DNA of 58,887 nt, counting the filler, from Jimgerdemannia flammicorona (lineage: Eukaryota), in NCBI GenBank assembly GCA_003990765.1. It is 3 parts of 3 records of this genome, joined end to end, with 100 filler letters (N's around TTAATTAATTAA, not from the genome) between each part and the next. Parts side by side here need not be neighbours in the genome. Positions count along the whole stretch, not along the records: positions 1 to 19,564 come from RBNJ01001909.1; 2 more parts are not named here. One strand, given 5' to 3'. Shown in pieces: positions 1 through 10,679 of this stretch; the stretch's first letter is position 1, and each line of letters begins with the position of its first letter. Both the position numbers and the translations under genes were made by a program. A model generated the notes under the pieces. It searched no databases. It had not been told where the DNA came from and saw nothing but the letters and a program-made list of their open reading frames with translations.

Positions 1-441
1 CCCCTTTTCTGTGAAAGACCACTTTGTCGAACACTATCCCCACCCTCCTACTACTCTGCTCACAGATCTTTATCACCAAACTGTAATGTCTACCCCCCTG
101 AGGACCCCAACCCACCCACCATCTGGTCATCAGATCCCCCACCAATTCCTCCCACCTTAACACCTTCTCACGCAGCCCCAACTGCTGCCCCTCCTCAAAT
201 ACAAAAAGCCAATATCCCACCAGTTCCATCCATACTGCTAACACCCATCCTATAGTGAGCCAACTATCCCCCACCCCACCCACAAGCTGAGACCTTAAGT
301 CCTCTCATCGATCCCCCTCCCCCACTAGCCGATGCCCTATACCCAGTCTATCCCCTATTTCAGCCCAAAATTCCCCCAAGATCTCACACTCCCCCAGCCA
401 ATGTTCTGGCATCTGTACATGACCCCCAGCTTACCCAACAA
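1..441 (-). mobile_element. Fragment of L1/Tx1-like LINE (family A), ORF2 C-terminal region, inserted in the 5' LTR of gypsy element 1
   Basis: Colinear similarity to 32370-32800 and 44890-45300 (e.g. aaagaccactttgtc...ggaccccaacc...gccaatgttctggcatctgtacat). LTR1 sequence starts abruptly at 442. Confidence 0.8.
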
Positions 442-1154
442 TGGTGATATCATCAAGGACTACCCAGATAGTACCTAAACTCATAAATAGCATAGCAGTC
501 ATAGTATAGTTAGATTAGTCTTATATGACATGACTGTGAACTGACTCAGTAATCAGACGATCTCTTGATATATCAGATCATACTTATACTACGTGACTGT
601 ATTCTAACTCAGCAAAGCACTTAGTACTATATCCATATTCAGCATAGTCCAGATAGCCCCTCACTAGTATAAATACCCCCTCCCCCAGACCTCAGAATCT
701 CAGACTCGAACACACAAGAATATTCCTGAATACTTCCTCACAATATCCCTTCACACAACTACTCCTAGTATAGCAATATTATGAATAGCAAATAAACCTA
801 TTCCATAACCCACAAACCACTCTTAAGTAAATCTACTCCCTGTTAGGTCCCACTCCTAACCCCATCATGAAATTTCCTAATTGGGTATTATCTGCAGCGA
901 TACACCAATTCAACTAAGCTGGTCTTAGTTTCTTGAACTTCCTGAAATACAGAAAATCCTGAACATCCAGAACTAGTCCGAAAAAGGACTTTGGTTGAGA
1001 CGTTAACCCGATCTTGAAATCAATAAGCATAGAGGATGTACTCCATATGAAATTGATCTTGACCAGAAGAAAACAGTCTTCCAGAATATCCAGAACTTCC
1101 GGAAAACCCTTCCAGAACTATGTAATGGTTACCCTAAAAAGCAACCTTCTTACA
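442..1154 (+). repeat. 5' LTR of element 1, distal part only (LTR1 family)
   Basis: Matches 8718-9198 plus 10403-10626. Ends ...CTTACA. Contains TATAAATA (668-675) and AATAAA (791-796). Confidence 0.93.
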
Positions 1155-1157
1155 ACT

Positions 1158-1168
1158 TGGTAGCAGCG
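1158..1168 (+). promoter_or_regulatory. Primer binding site, probably initiator tRNA-Met
   Basis: TGGTAGCAGCG 3 nt after the LTR end. It is complementary to a tRNA 3' end CGCUGCUACCA, which implies the A1:U72 pair typical of eukaryotic tRNAi-Met. Confidence 0.7.
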
Positions 1169-2115
1169 GTTTACAATCCAATTCCACTTCAAGACACTTC
1201 CTCACCCGCTACAAACCCTTCTGAGAATTCCTACAAGTTGGTATAAAGCCCAACCTCTGAACTAGAATTTATCCTGAACCATCTGACAATCTGGAGAGAA
1301 TTGAATCTGACATACAAGGACAATTTGACCTCCACACCTGCAACAAGTAGGATAAACTTCATTCAAAGAAAGAAGTACTCCAGTTAAACCAGCAAATAGA
1401 TGAAACCCTATTCACCAAACTCCTTACACTACACCCAGCAAGTCAAGACAAAGAAGGTCTTATTGAAGTCTTCTTTATTCTTCTCAACAAGAGTTTTGTC
1501 AGCTCTACAAATCTGAGTGATCTAGGACAACCAGCAGCAGTCTTTCTAGCCTTAGTTTCTCACGAAGCCCAAGCCTCTGTAGCCAAGTGGCTCAACTCTA
1601 CCGACTTTCACCATACCAGGACCAAGACCACGTTATACTACTGATTCCAGAACAGCAAGACCTGCCATATTCTTAAAGAAGAAGCAAGAGAAACTCTTCA
1701 TCAACTACCTGACCCCAAACCTGAAGCAGGCCCTGCTACAGCCCTACCTGAATCTGAAACCAATACTGAACCTGAACTTGACTTTGAATTAAGTCCATCT
1801 GAAATCAGATATACAACTGATTCTGTCTACTTTGATGCCAAGCAAACTCAATTACATGGGGACCAAACTGAAGAAGAGGAGGAGTATCTCAGTGAATTTG
1901 ATTTCAGATATACCACCAAAGGAGAAGTACCTCCATCAGGACAGAATACACCTACACAGTAATAAACAGTTATCTATCAAGCCCTCACCCCAGACCCACA
2001 ACTACTACTCCAGCAACTTATACAGACCCAAAGAACCCCATCACACTCTGCACCAATACCTCAAGTAGTACTAGTAACACCACTACCAGCAGTCCAACTG
2101 CCTCCAGTAAACAAC

Positions 2116-5100
2116 ATGGTGAACCAACAGATTCTAAACCTCACAGCCCAGGTAGCCATAATGGTAGCAACCATTACTGCCTTAGCTGAACAGACCCGAC
2201 CTACCAAAAATCTGAGTCTACCTACCTTCAATGGTACTGCACAAGAAGTTCAAAGCTTCATTAGTGTAGTTGACACCAACTTCGAAGCCAATCAATGGAC
2301 TAATGAGCGAGTTGCTGACTGTGTTCTGACAAACAATCAAGACCACACTCTGGAACAACTCTTTGTCACCACTACAGCCTATGTCCGCCAAGTTGTTACA
2401 TTCTTCCAAGGACCTGCCAAAGAATGGTGGCAAACCCTTCCTGAAAAACCCCTCACATGGAATACCCGACCTGCAGTAGTTGCTCAGAATACAGCAAACA
2501 ATACCCCAGGATATGGAGCCCATCCTATAGCCCCTGGACTCAAACAACTCATGATTGCTCAATACTGCAGCAAAACCATGATCACCAAATCTTGAGTAAA
2601 ACTCCGCAACCTCAAATTTGATATATATGGCAAAGAAGAATTCGAAACCTTCTGTACAAAACTCGAGTCACTCCTGAATACTGTTGGCCTAGGATACATT
2701 GCCAATGATGAAGCACAAAATGGTATAAGAGCAGACCACTTATTCGATGCCCTGCCTGAATGGCTTACTAGAAAAATCTGAGAATAAGGCCACCCAGTTG
2801 GTTGCGACCACCAACAGTGGTGCCTGGCAAGAATCAAGACTATGGTCAAGCAAATCCTAACAGCTGGACCAATTCTGCCCCGAAGACAATTCAACAACAA
2901 GGAAAAGACTTGGACCAAGAAAGAAGAACTCAAGCATGAAGCATCCTGAGCTCTCTCTACATCCACCTCTTGGACACCCAGAAATCATAAACCTACCCAG
3001 TCAGGTACCTTCAAGAAACTTACTGAAGGCAAAAGGAATAAACTTCGAAGAAGTGGAGCATGCTTCTATTGCCGAAAGACAGAATACATGGCCAGTGCCT
3101 GCCCTAACCTAAAACCCTGAACAGCAACAAGAGCAACTATTACCACTCTGCACCACCTCAACAACCTGACCACCAGAATACTAGACTTTATCAATTTAAG
3201 ACAAACTGCTAAGGCCCCAACCAAAGGAAGTTAAAAAGCAGCTGAATATGATCTGTATGCAGCCAAAGAGGCTACAGTCTCCAACTGAGAAGTCAAACAA
3301 GTCTATACAGGAATCAGTATCCAAATCCCTGAAGGACATGTTGGAAGAATATGCTGTCGAAGCAGCCTAGCTTTGAAAGGACCCTCAGTAGAAGGAGGAG
3401 TCATTAATGAGGATTATACAGATGAAATTATTATCCTCATCTGAAACCACAGTTGGATACTCTTCAAAATCCCTATTGGTTTCTGCATTGCTCAGATCCT
3501 ATTCAAAAATGTCAAGTCAACCCTGACAGTCAAGGAAGTCCCCGAACTACTGCCCACCATCCGAGGATCCAAAGGATTTGGCTCATCAAACAAGGCCCCA
3601 GCCCAACCTACCATGAGCAAAGAAGAACAATTCTACAAGAAAATCAAAGATGGATATGTACCAGATGGCTGATGTCCCCATGGCATTGGAATGTACTCTT
3701 CCCAAATGATTGATGATTACTTCTTTTGTGTCAATGAACTAGCTCAAAGAAGAACCAATAGAAGGAAAGCTCCTATAACTGAAATCACCACCATTGGATC
3801 AGACAAACTGCTCACACTTAAGGCTTTTGTCAACCGAGCATCTGTCAAGATTATGATAGACAGTGGTGCCTCAGACAACTTTATCAATGAAGAGACAGCC
3901 AACAGACTCAAGGTCTTTATCTCTCCAGTACAGCAAACTCAAGCAGTTGCTACAGCTGATGGAACCTCACATGTTATTAGCAAAGAAGTCTGCAATCTAC
4001 CCCTCTGAATTAGCGACTACCGAGTACATGTTACCCTTCAAATTGTACCACTTCCTGACAATGAAATCATCCTTGGGACTCCATGGTTAAAACAAGAGAA
4101 CCTCATGATTGATTGGGTAAACCATTCTCTGACCATCAAGAAAGGATGCCACAACTTCAGACTGCAAGGCGAAAAGGACCCACTTAATTCTGGTGACCCT
4201 GGACTAAAGATCACCCACATCAACAAGCTACAACTCAAGAAATTGGCCAAGAAATGCCCTCTCTTCACTATCTCCATCCACCCATCCAAAGGAGAACCCA
4301 AGAACTCTGAAGAAGATTTCTCCAAAGTTGACAGCCATGTCAGACCACTACTCTAGAAATTTCGAGACATATTTCCAAAAAAACTCCCAAAAGGCCTACC
4401 TCCTAAATGAGCAGTAGACCATGCAATCAAGACTATTCCAGATGCCAAACCAACCTTCAAGTCAATCTACCACATGTCTTCAAGAGAAATCGATGCACTC
4501 AAGAAAGAAATTGACAAACTCCTAGAACAAGGATTCATTAGACCCAGTGTATCACTCTATGGTATACCAGTCCTCTTCGTTGTCAAGAAAGGAGGAGATC
4601 TGCGAATGTGCATTGACCACCATGATCTCAATGAACAGACCATCAAGAACTGTTGCCCACTACCAAGGATCAATGAAATATTCAATAGACTTACCAACCC
4701 ACAATTCATAAGCTCTTTTGACCTGCAAAATAGTTACTGGAAAATTGCCATGAAAGAAGAAGACATCTACAAGACAGCTTTCTGAACTCGCTATGGACAC
4801 TTTGAGTTTCTGGTTATACCCTTTGGCTTAACTAATGCTCTAGCAACCTTCCAAACTCTGATGAATATCATTCTGCATCCATACCTAGACAAATTCATTG
4901 TTGTCTACATTGATGACATCCTAGTCTTCAGCAAAACTCTGGAGGAACATCTTGAACACCTTGAACTAGTACTACTGAAACTCCAAGAAAACCGACTCTT
5001 TGCAAAACTCAGCAAGTGCAAATTTCTCCTGAAAGAAATTCAATTTCTTGGACACATTATCACTCCAAATGGAATAAAAGTGGACTCCAGCAAAATCTCT

Positions 5101-7248
5101 GCAATCAAGGATTGGCCCAGACCCAAGAAGCTGAAAGACCTCCAGTTATTCCTGGGATTAGCAAACTATTACAGGTGATTTGTTGCCAACTTTGCTAAAA
5201 TTGCTACCACCCTCACTCAAATGACCAAGTATAGTAAGAAACAAGAACAACCCTGGACCATAAAATAAGAGAAAGACTTCAACAATCTTGTAACTTGGGG
5301 ACCTGAGCAAGATACCACCTTTCAAGTACTAAAGGATGCCCTGATAATAACTCCAGTACTTCAAGCAGCAAACCCTGCACTGTCATATGAAGTTACCACT
5401 GATGTCTCTGACCTAGCCCTTGGAGCAGTACTCATGCAAGAAGGACACCCTGTGGCCTATCACTCTCACAAGTTCAATGATGCTGAAATCAACTATACAA
5501 CTCACAAGAAGGAAATGCTAGCCATTGTAGACACTCTGATCAAGTGGCAACCCTATCTAGAAGGAGCACACTTTACCATATTAACTGACCACAAATCATT
5601 AGTCAATATCAAGACACAGGCTACCCTTTCTCAGAAGCAAGCCAGATAGATGAAAATCCTCACCAACTTTGATTACGAAATCCAGTACCACCCTGGCAAG
5701 GAAAATATTGTTGCCGATGCAATCTCCAGACCACCAATTGAAGAGGTTATCTAAACTCTGACCTTGGTTACCAACACTATCATGGAACAAATCATTGCAG
5801 CATGTATTGATGATAAAGAAACTCAAGTACTCTGAGAAATCCTGAACAGTGATGATACTGACAAGCATACCCAGTACAATCAATACCAACTGAAGGACAA
5901 TGCTATCTACTACAAAGACAGACTGTATGTCCCAAACAACCAAGACCTCTGAAGGACTATCCTATTTGAATGTCATGATACCCCTACAGCTGGACATTTA
6001 GGATTTGATAAATGTTACGAAATTATCTCCTGAAACTTCTATTGGCCCCGCATGGCAGATCAGCTCAAAATCTACATCACTTTCTATGATGCCTGCCAAT
6101 GAAACAAGTCCTCAATACTAGCAAAACCTGGCTTACTTCACCCTATCTCAGTACCATCTGCTAATTGGGAACAAATCTCTATGGACTTCATTGTACAACT
6201 ACCCTGAACCAAGAACAGGAAAGATGCAATTGTTGTCTTTATAGACTATCTTAGCAAACAAGCCCACTTCATGCCTACCACCACTACTGCAACAGCACCA
6301 GACATAGCCACACTCTTGTTTGATAACATCTTCCACTATCATGGTCTTCTCAAGATCATTGTTAGTGACCAAGACCCGAAATTCACCAGCCATTTTTGGA
6401 AAGTCCTCCATGCATACCTTGGAACAAAACTTGCACTATCCACAACCTTTCACCCAGAAACTGATAGCCAAACTGAAAGAATGAACTGAACTCTGGAACA
6501 AATGCTAAGGAACTATGTTTTCTACAGACAAGATAACTGGTATGAACACCTCACCACAGTTGAGTTTGCCTATAATAATAGCAAGCAAGCCTCTCTTGGA
6601 ATGAGCCCATTCTTCACCAACATTGGACAAAACCCAAACACCCCTTTGACATTTATCTGAACAACTGAAGAACCCTCTACAGTTGAAGCTGTTGAAGAAT
6701 TCTTACTTTGAATGTGCAACCTAAGCCAGATTACCATTGAAAATTTATCATAAGCTCAAGAACAACAGTCACAGTATGTTAACCAACACTGCCAAGAAGA
6801 AACCTTTGATATTGGAGAAGAAGTTCTACTAGACATCAGAGGATACTGAGTTGACAACCTCAAGCACAGACTATCTACAAAGCTGAACAGCAAGTTCATT
6901 AGACCATTTGAAGTCATTGTACAAGTCTCTCCAACCTCCTACAAATTGGTGCTACCAGATACTATTAAGATTCACCCAGTCTTTAATGTTCAATACCTCA
7001 AGCAATACAATGAGAATGATGATGAGCTATTTCCAAACCGGACTACCAAACCACCTGCACCTATCATTATTAATGACCAAGAAGAGTATGAAGTTGAACA
7101 AATCCTCAACAAATGTGGCAACAAGAGCCACCCTGAGTACCTTATCAAATAGAAAGGTTACCCAATCCACAATGCAACCTGGGAACTCAAGATCAATCTC
7201 CAGAATGCTACTGACCTAGTTCAGAAATATGATTCCTTGAACAACTAG
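2116..7248 (+). pseudogene. gag-dUTPase-pol polyprotein of element 1, single frame, multiple nonsense codons
   Basis: ORF pieces at 2116, 3691, 4105, 4474, 4861, 5434, 6271 and 6946 all lie in one frame. Motifs: CFYCRKTEYMASAC (3061), IDSGASDNF, YIDD, TDVSDLALGAVL, ISMDF, HPETDSQTERMN, chromodomain EYEVEQIL...YLIK*KGY...ATWE. Confidence 0.93.
3190..3591 (+). other. dUTPase domain of element 1 (between Gag zinc knuckle and protease)
   Basis: Frame-1 translation AAEYDLYAA...TGISIQIPEGHVGRICCRSSLA...GGVINEDYTDEI...IAQ...RGSKGFGSS shows the five trimeric dUTPase motifs in mutated form. Confidence 0.9.
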
Positions 7249-7364
7249 AATCAAATACTCTGCATCTATCTATATATACTATATATTATCTTCCTGAACA
7301 GTCAAGCCTATTCTCTCATTACCACTGAACAAATTAGAAGGCCCCGATGAGGATGTCGAAAGCT

Positions 7365-7377
7365 AAGAAGGAGAGAG
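7365..7377 (+). promoter_or_regulatory. Polypurine tract of element 1
   Basis: AAGAAGGAGAGAG immediately before the TGTAAG LTR start at 7379. Confidence 0.85.
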
Positions 7378-7666
7378 TTGTAAGTGCACAACCTCCAAGC
7401 CACCGAAATTACATGTCACCCTCTGAACAAGCCATTGAAATCACACACAACCTCTGAACAAATCTGGAAATCACCTGCTTGATCACAAAGCTGAGTCAAA
7501 CTGAAGTCACAGCACACAAAGCTGAGTCAATATGAAGTCACAGAATATAAGATTTATACAAACGGAATCTTACCAATCAGGATCGAATGTATATATACCG
7601 AGCACCAAAATACGTCGAACCAGAAAACCAAAACAAACAACAACCACAACTTCCAAACATACAAAC

Positions 7667-8755
7667 ATGACCACTGAGATCTATATCCATATCCATGCTG
7701 ACATTTGGAATATCATTGTCAATGAAGCCACACCCCCTCTGCCCCTCATGAATATCCATAGCCTAGCACCCCTCTACTTCGTAGAAGCCCGATGGAATGC
7801 TCTGAACATACTTAGTGAGGCCCACTGAATTGGACAAATCTCAAGCTACTACCAGATCGGCCACCTCCTGGAAGACATGGTTGAACACCACCACAATATA
7901 GACATTACCCAGATGTCTCAACACCAGAAGCTCATTGCCCACAAACATTGAGAACTCTTCTACGAGTACAGTACCATTATTCCCCACCTCCAAGTTACTA
8001 CCAGTGAAATGATTACTACTCTGTCCTATGGCCAAATTGATGACATGATATAAGAACTCAACCACAAGTACCTTGAGTACGTCAAAACCACAGACAGAAC
8101 CTTCCCACACCCCAATGATCATATCCTACAAATGCTCCAAGTTGGATATGCCATAAAGGACATCTATGATATAATCCACTTCGATGAAGATGAAGCAGAA
8201 GACAATGATCCCTCTGATGCCGACATGACCTCTAGCCAAGGATCTCTGCCAACCCTGATCACTCTGCCAATCTTGCCGATGAACTTACAACAGTTTATAA
8301 CTATATACAAGACTTATTGGGACAATGACCACTGGCATGAATACCAACCCACATTCACTCCCAATTACTTCAACTATAATGAAGAGACTGGAGAATACAA
8401 CCTGTACCTCCAGACAACCTTCGAGATTGAACCAACCACTCCACCACCTGAGCATGAACCATAGCCACCAGCTTACTACAATTCCGCAACTCATAGTACT
8501 GTAACCTATAGAAGGTATACAGATAGCAAATCTGATGAAAGTGAAGACGATGCACCCCTCTTTCACCCACCAATACCTTATCCAGCATATGAGATAGATG
8601 ATGCCATCTTGTGGGACAGAGATGAAGTTTCAATATATTATTACCTCAGCAAACAAGGAGAAGTAATCTGCGAACCACTTTTCCTAGACAACTACTTCAT
8701 CAGAGATGATGCAATTGATGGTGATGTCATCGAGAACTACCCAGATAGTGCCTAA
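7667..8755 (+). pseudogene. Orphan ~362-codon ORF inside the LTR1 U3 region (a few transition-type stops)
   Basis: ATG 7667 to TAA 8755 in one frame, joining track ORFs 7532 and 8132 (MTTEIY...EARWNALNIL...YWDNDHWHEYQP...VICEPLFLDNYFIRDDAIDGDVIENYPDSA). Present in all three full LTR1 copies. Confidence 0.7.
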
Positions 8756-9198
8756 ACCCATAAATAGCATAGCAGTCATAGTATAGTTAGATTAGCCTTA
8801 TACAACATGATTGTGAACTAACTCAGCAATCAGATGATCTCTTGACCATACTTGTACTATGTGACTGCATTCTGACTCAGCAAAGCACTTAGTGCTATAT
8901 CCATATTCAGCATAGTCCAGATAGCCTCTCACTAGTATAAATACCCCCTCTCCCAGACCTCAGAATCTCAGACTCGAATACATAAGAACATTCCTGAATA
9001 CTTCCTCACAATATCCCTTCACACAACTACTCCTAGTATAGCAATATCATGAATAGCAAATAAACCTATTCTATAACCCACAAACTACTCTTAAGTAAAT
9101 CTACTCTCTGTTAGGTCCCACTCCTAACCCTATCACGAAATTTCCTAATTGGGTATTGTCTGCAGTGATACACCAATTCAATTAAGCTGGTCTTAGTT

Positions 9199-10390
9199 CA
9201 GCTCCTTTCTCTGCTACCTTACCGGTCACAAGATTTGGTGGGTGACCTTCCAAGTCTCCTTTCCCCTATTATTACACCCTTTACCTCGAGTTGGTTTGCT
9301 GTACCTATAGGGGCATGGTGGGAGGAGGGCAATGGTGATGAGTTGCCCCTTTATCAGTATCAGATCAGTGTTTCCTCCACTTTTTCGTGGATTCTGATGC
9401 CTTCGGCTGCATCTGGGGTGTACCTGTTTTGGTGCGGCACCTTCATCCTTTTGCTATCACCAACAAGGTGTTGTCTCGGTGTGTCTCAGACTATGTAGAG
9501 AGTCAGCCGACCTTGGGCATCAAGTGCTCAGTATAGGTTACCTGCAGGTCTTCGGTGCCTGTGGTGGGGCCCTCTGGCTTTGGCAAGCTTCCCGGCGAGC
9601 ATGGTTCTGGCATAGGTGACTGCTTTTTGGGTGTTGTCGGAATGGGAGGGGAGATGGCCATCACAGATAGGAGGAAGGGCAATTATGGTGAACCAGTAGA
9701 GTGTCAGGCTAGGGGCAGTTATTGGGGCTGGGGTAGGTGCTGCTTCGGTGGGGCCTTTTGATTGGTGCGGCGTGGTTAGGTGGTAGGTGTCACTATCGGC
9801 TTCTTTTGGCAGTCAGCAGAGTTGGGCCCCAGTCATCAGGAGGGGTCAGGAGACTTGAGGCTACCCATTTCAGACATCTTGGCTGCACTCAACTGGAACT
9901 GGGAGCTGACAGGGCAACGTGATTGAGGCCTACAGGCTTGAGTAGTGGGGTATTGGGAGTTTCCTCCTGCCTCACGTATAAGTCCTTTACTCACCTCGAC
10001 TAGGAGAACCAGGCCCTACCCACCATGTTGTGCTTTGATGAGGGTTTTTTCTTTGTCTGTCATTCTCTTTGGAGTGGCAGGGGCTATTCTATTTAGCTTG
10101 GGCATGGCTTTGTACATACATTGGGTTCTCAGGCATGCACTTTCGGTCATTGGTATATGGTTGGGTTTCCCCTGGCAGTAGGGAGAGCATGGTGTGCAGA
10201 ATGAGGTGTGGGCCTATTGGCCCTACTATGTCTGGCATGGTCGAGCTGCTGGACAATAGCTAGCCTAGGTTAATGGGGTGGCAGTACTTGGTGGGTGGTG
10301 GGGGAGGGTTTTGGCCTATATAGTCTAGGTTCCCTTCCAATAAAATTCTGTGGGACATGAGTCCATTAAAAAAAAAAAAAAAAAAAAAAA
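9199..10390 (+). mobile_element. Poly(A)-tailed retroposon, family B (probably 5'-truncated)
   Basis: AATAAA then poly(A). 12-bp TSD CTGGTCTTAGTT at 9187-9198 and 10391-10402. Homologous to 12897-14032 and 24158-24610. Confidence 0.88.
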
Positions 10391-10679
10391 CTGGTCTTAG
10401 TTTCTTGAACTTTCTGAAATATAGAAAATCCTGAACATCCAGAACTAGTCCGAAAAAGGACTTTGGTTGAGACGTCAACCTGATCTTGAAATCAATAAGT
10501 GTAGAGGACATACTCTATATGAAATTGATCTTGACCAGAAGAAAATGGTCTTTCAGAATATCTAGAACTTCTAGAAAGCCCTTCCAGAACTACATAATAG
10601 TTACCCTAAAAAGCAATCTTCTTACAGAGGGGCTATCTGGATTATGCTGAATATGGATATAGTACTTAGTATCCTGCTG

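Larger units (their letters stand above)
442..10626 (+). mobile_element. Ty3/gypsy chromovirus-type LTR retrotransposon, element 1 (degenerate)
   Basis: Partial 5' LTR, PBS, Gag with CCHC knuckle, dUTPase, protease (IDSGASDNF), RT ([10 protein letters not shown]), RNase H, integrase, chromodomain, PPT and a 3' LTR bounded by TGTAAG...CTTACA. Confidence 0.95.
7379..10626 (+). repeat. 3' LTR of element 1 (~2.05 kb net, interrupted by the retroposon at 9199-10390)
   Basis: Termini TGTAAG...CTTACA. Full-length match to 10680-12738 and 20358-22426. Confidence 0.93.

Noticed and set aside
7341..7365. CCGATGAG...GAAA resembling a hammerhead core
   Set aside because: The core is CCGAUGA rather than CUGAUGA and lacks flanking stems. 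It is the ordinary pre-PPT region.
7667..8755. Calling the LTR ORF an env gene
   Set aside because: It lies inside the LTR, downstream of the PPT, and shows no signal peptide or transmembrane segment.
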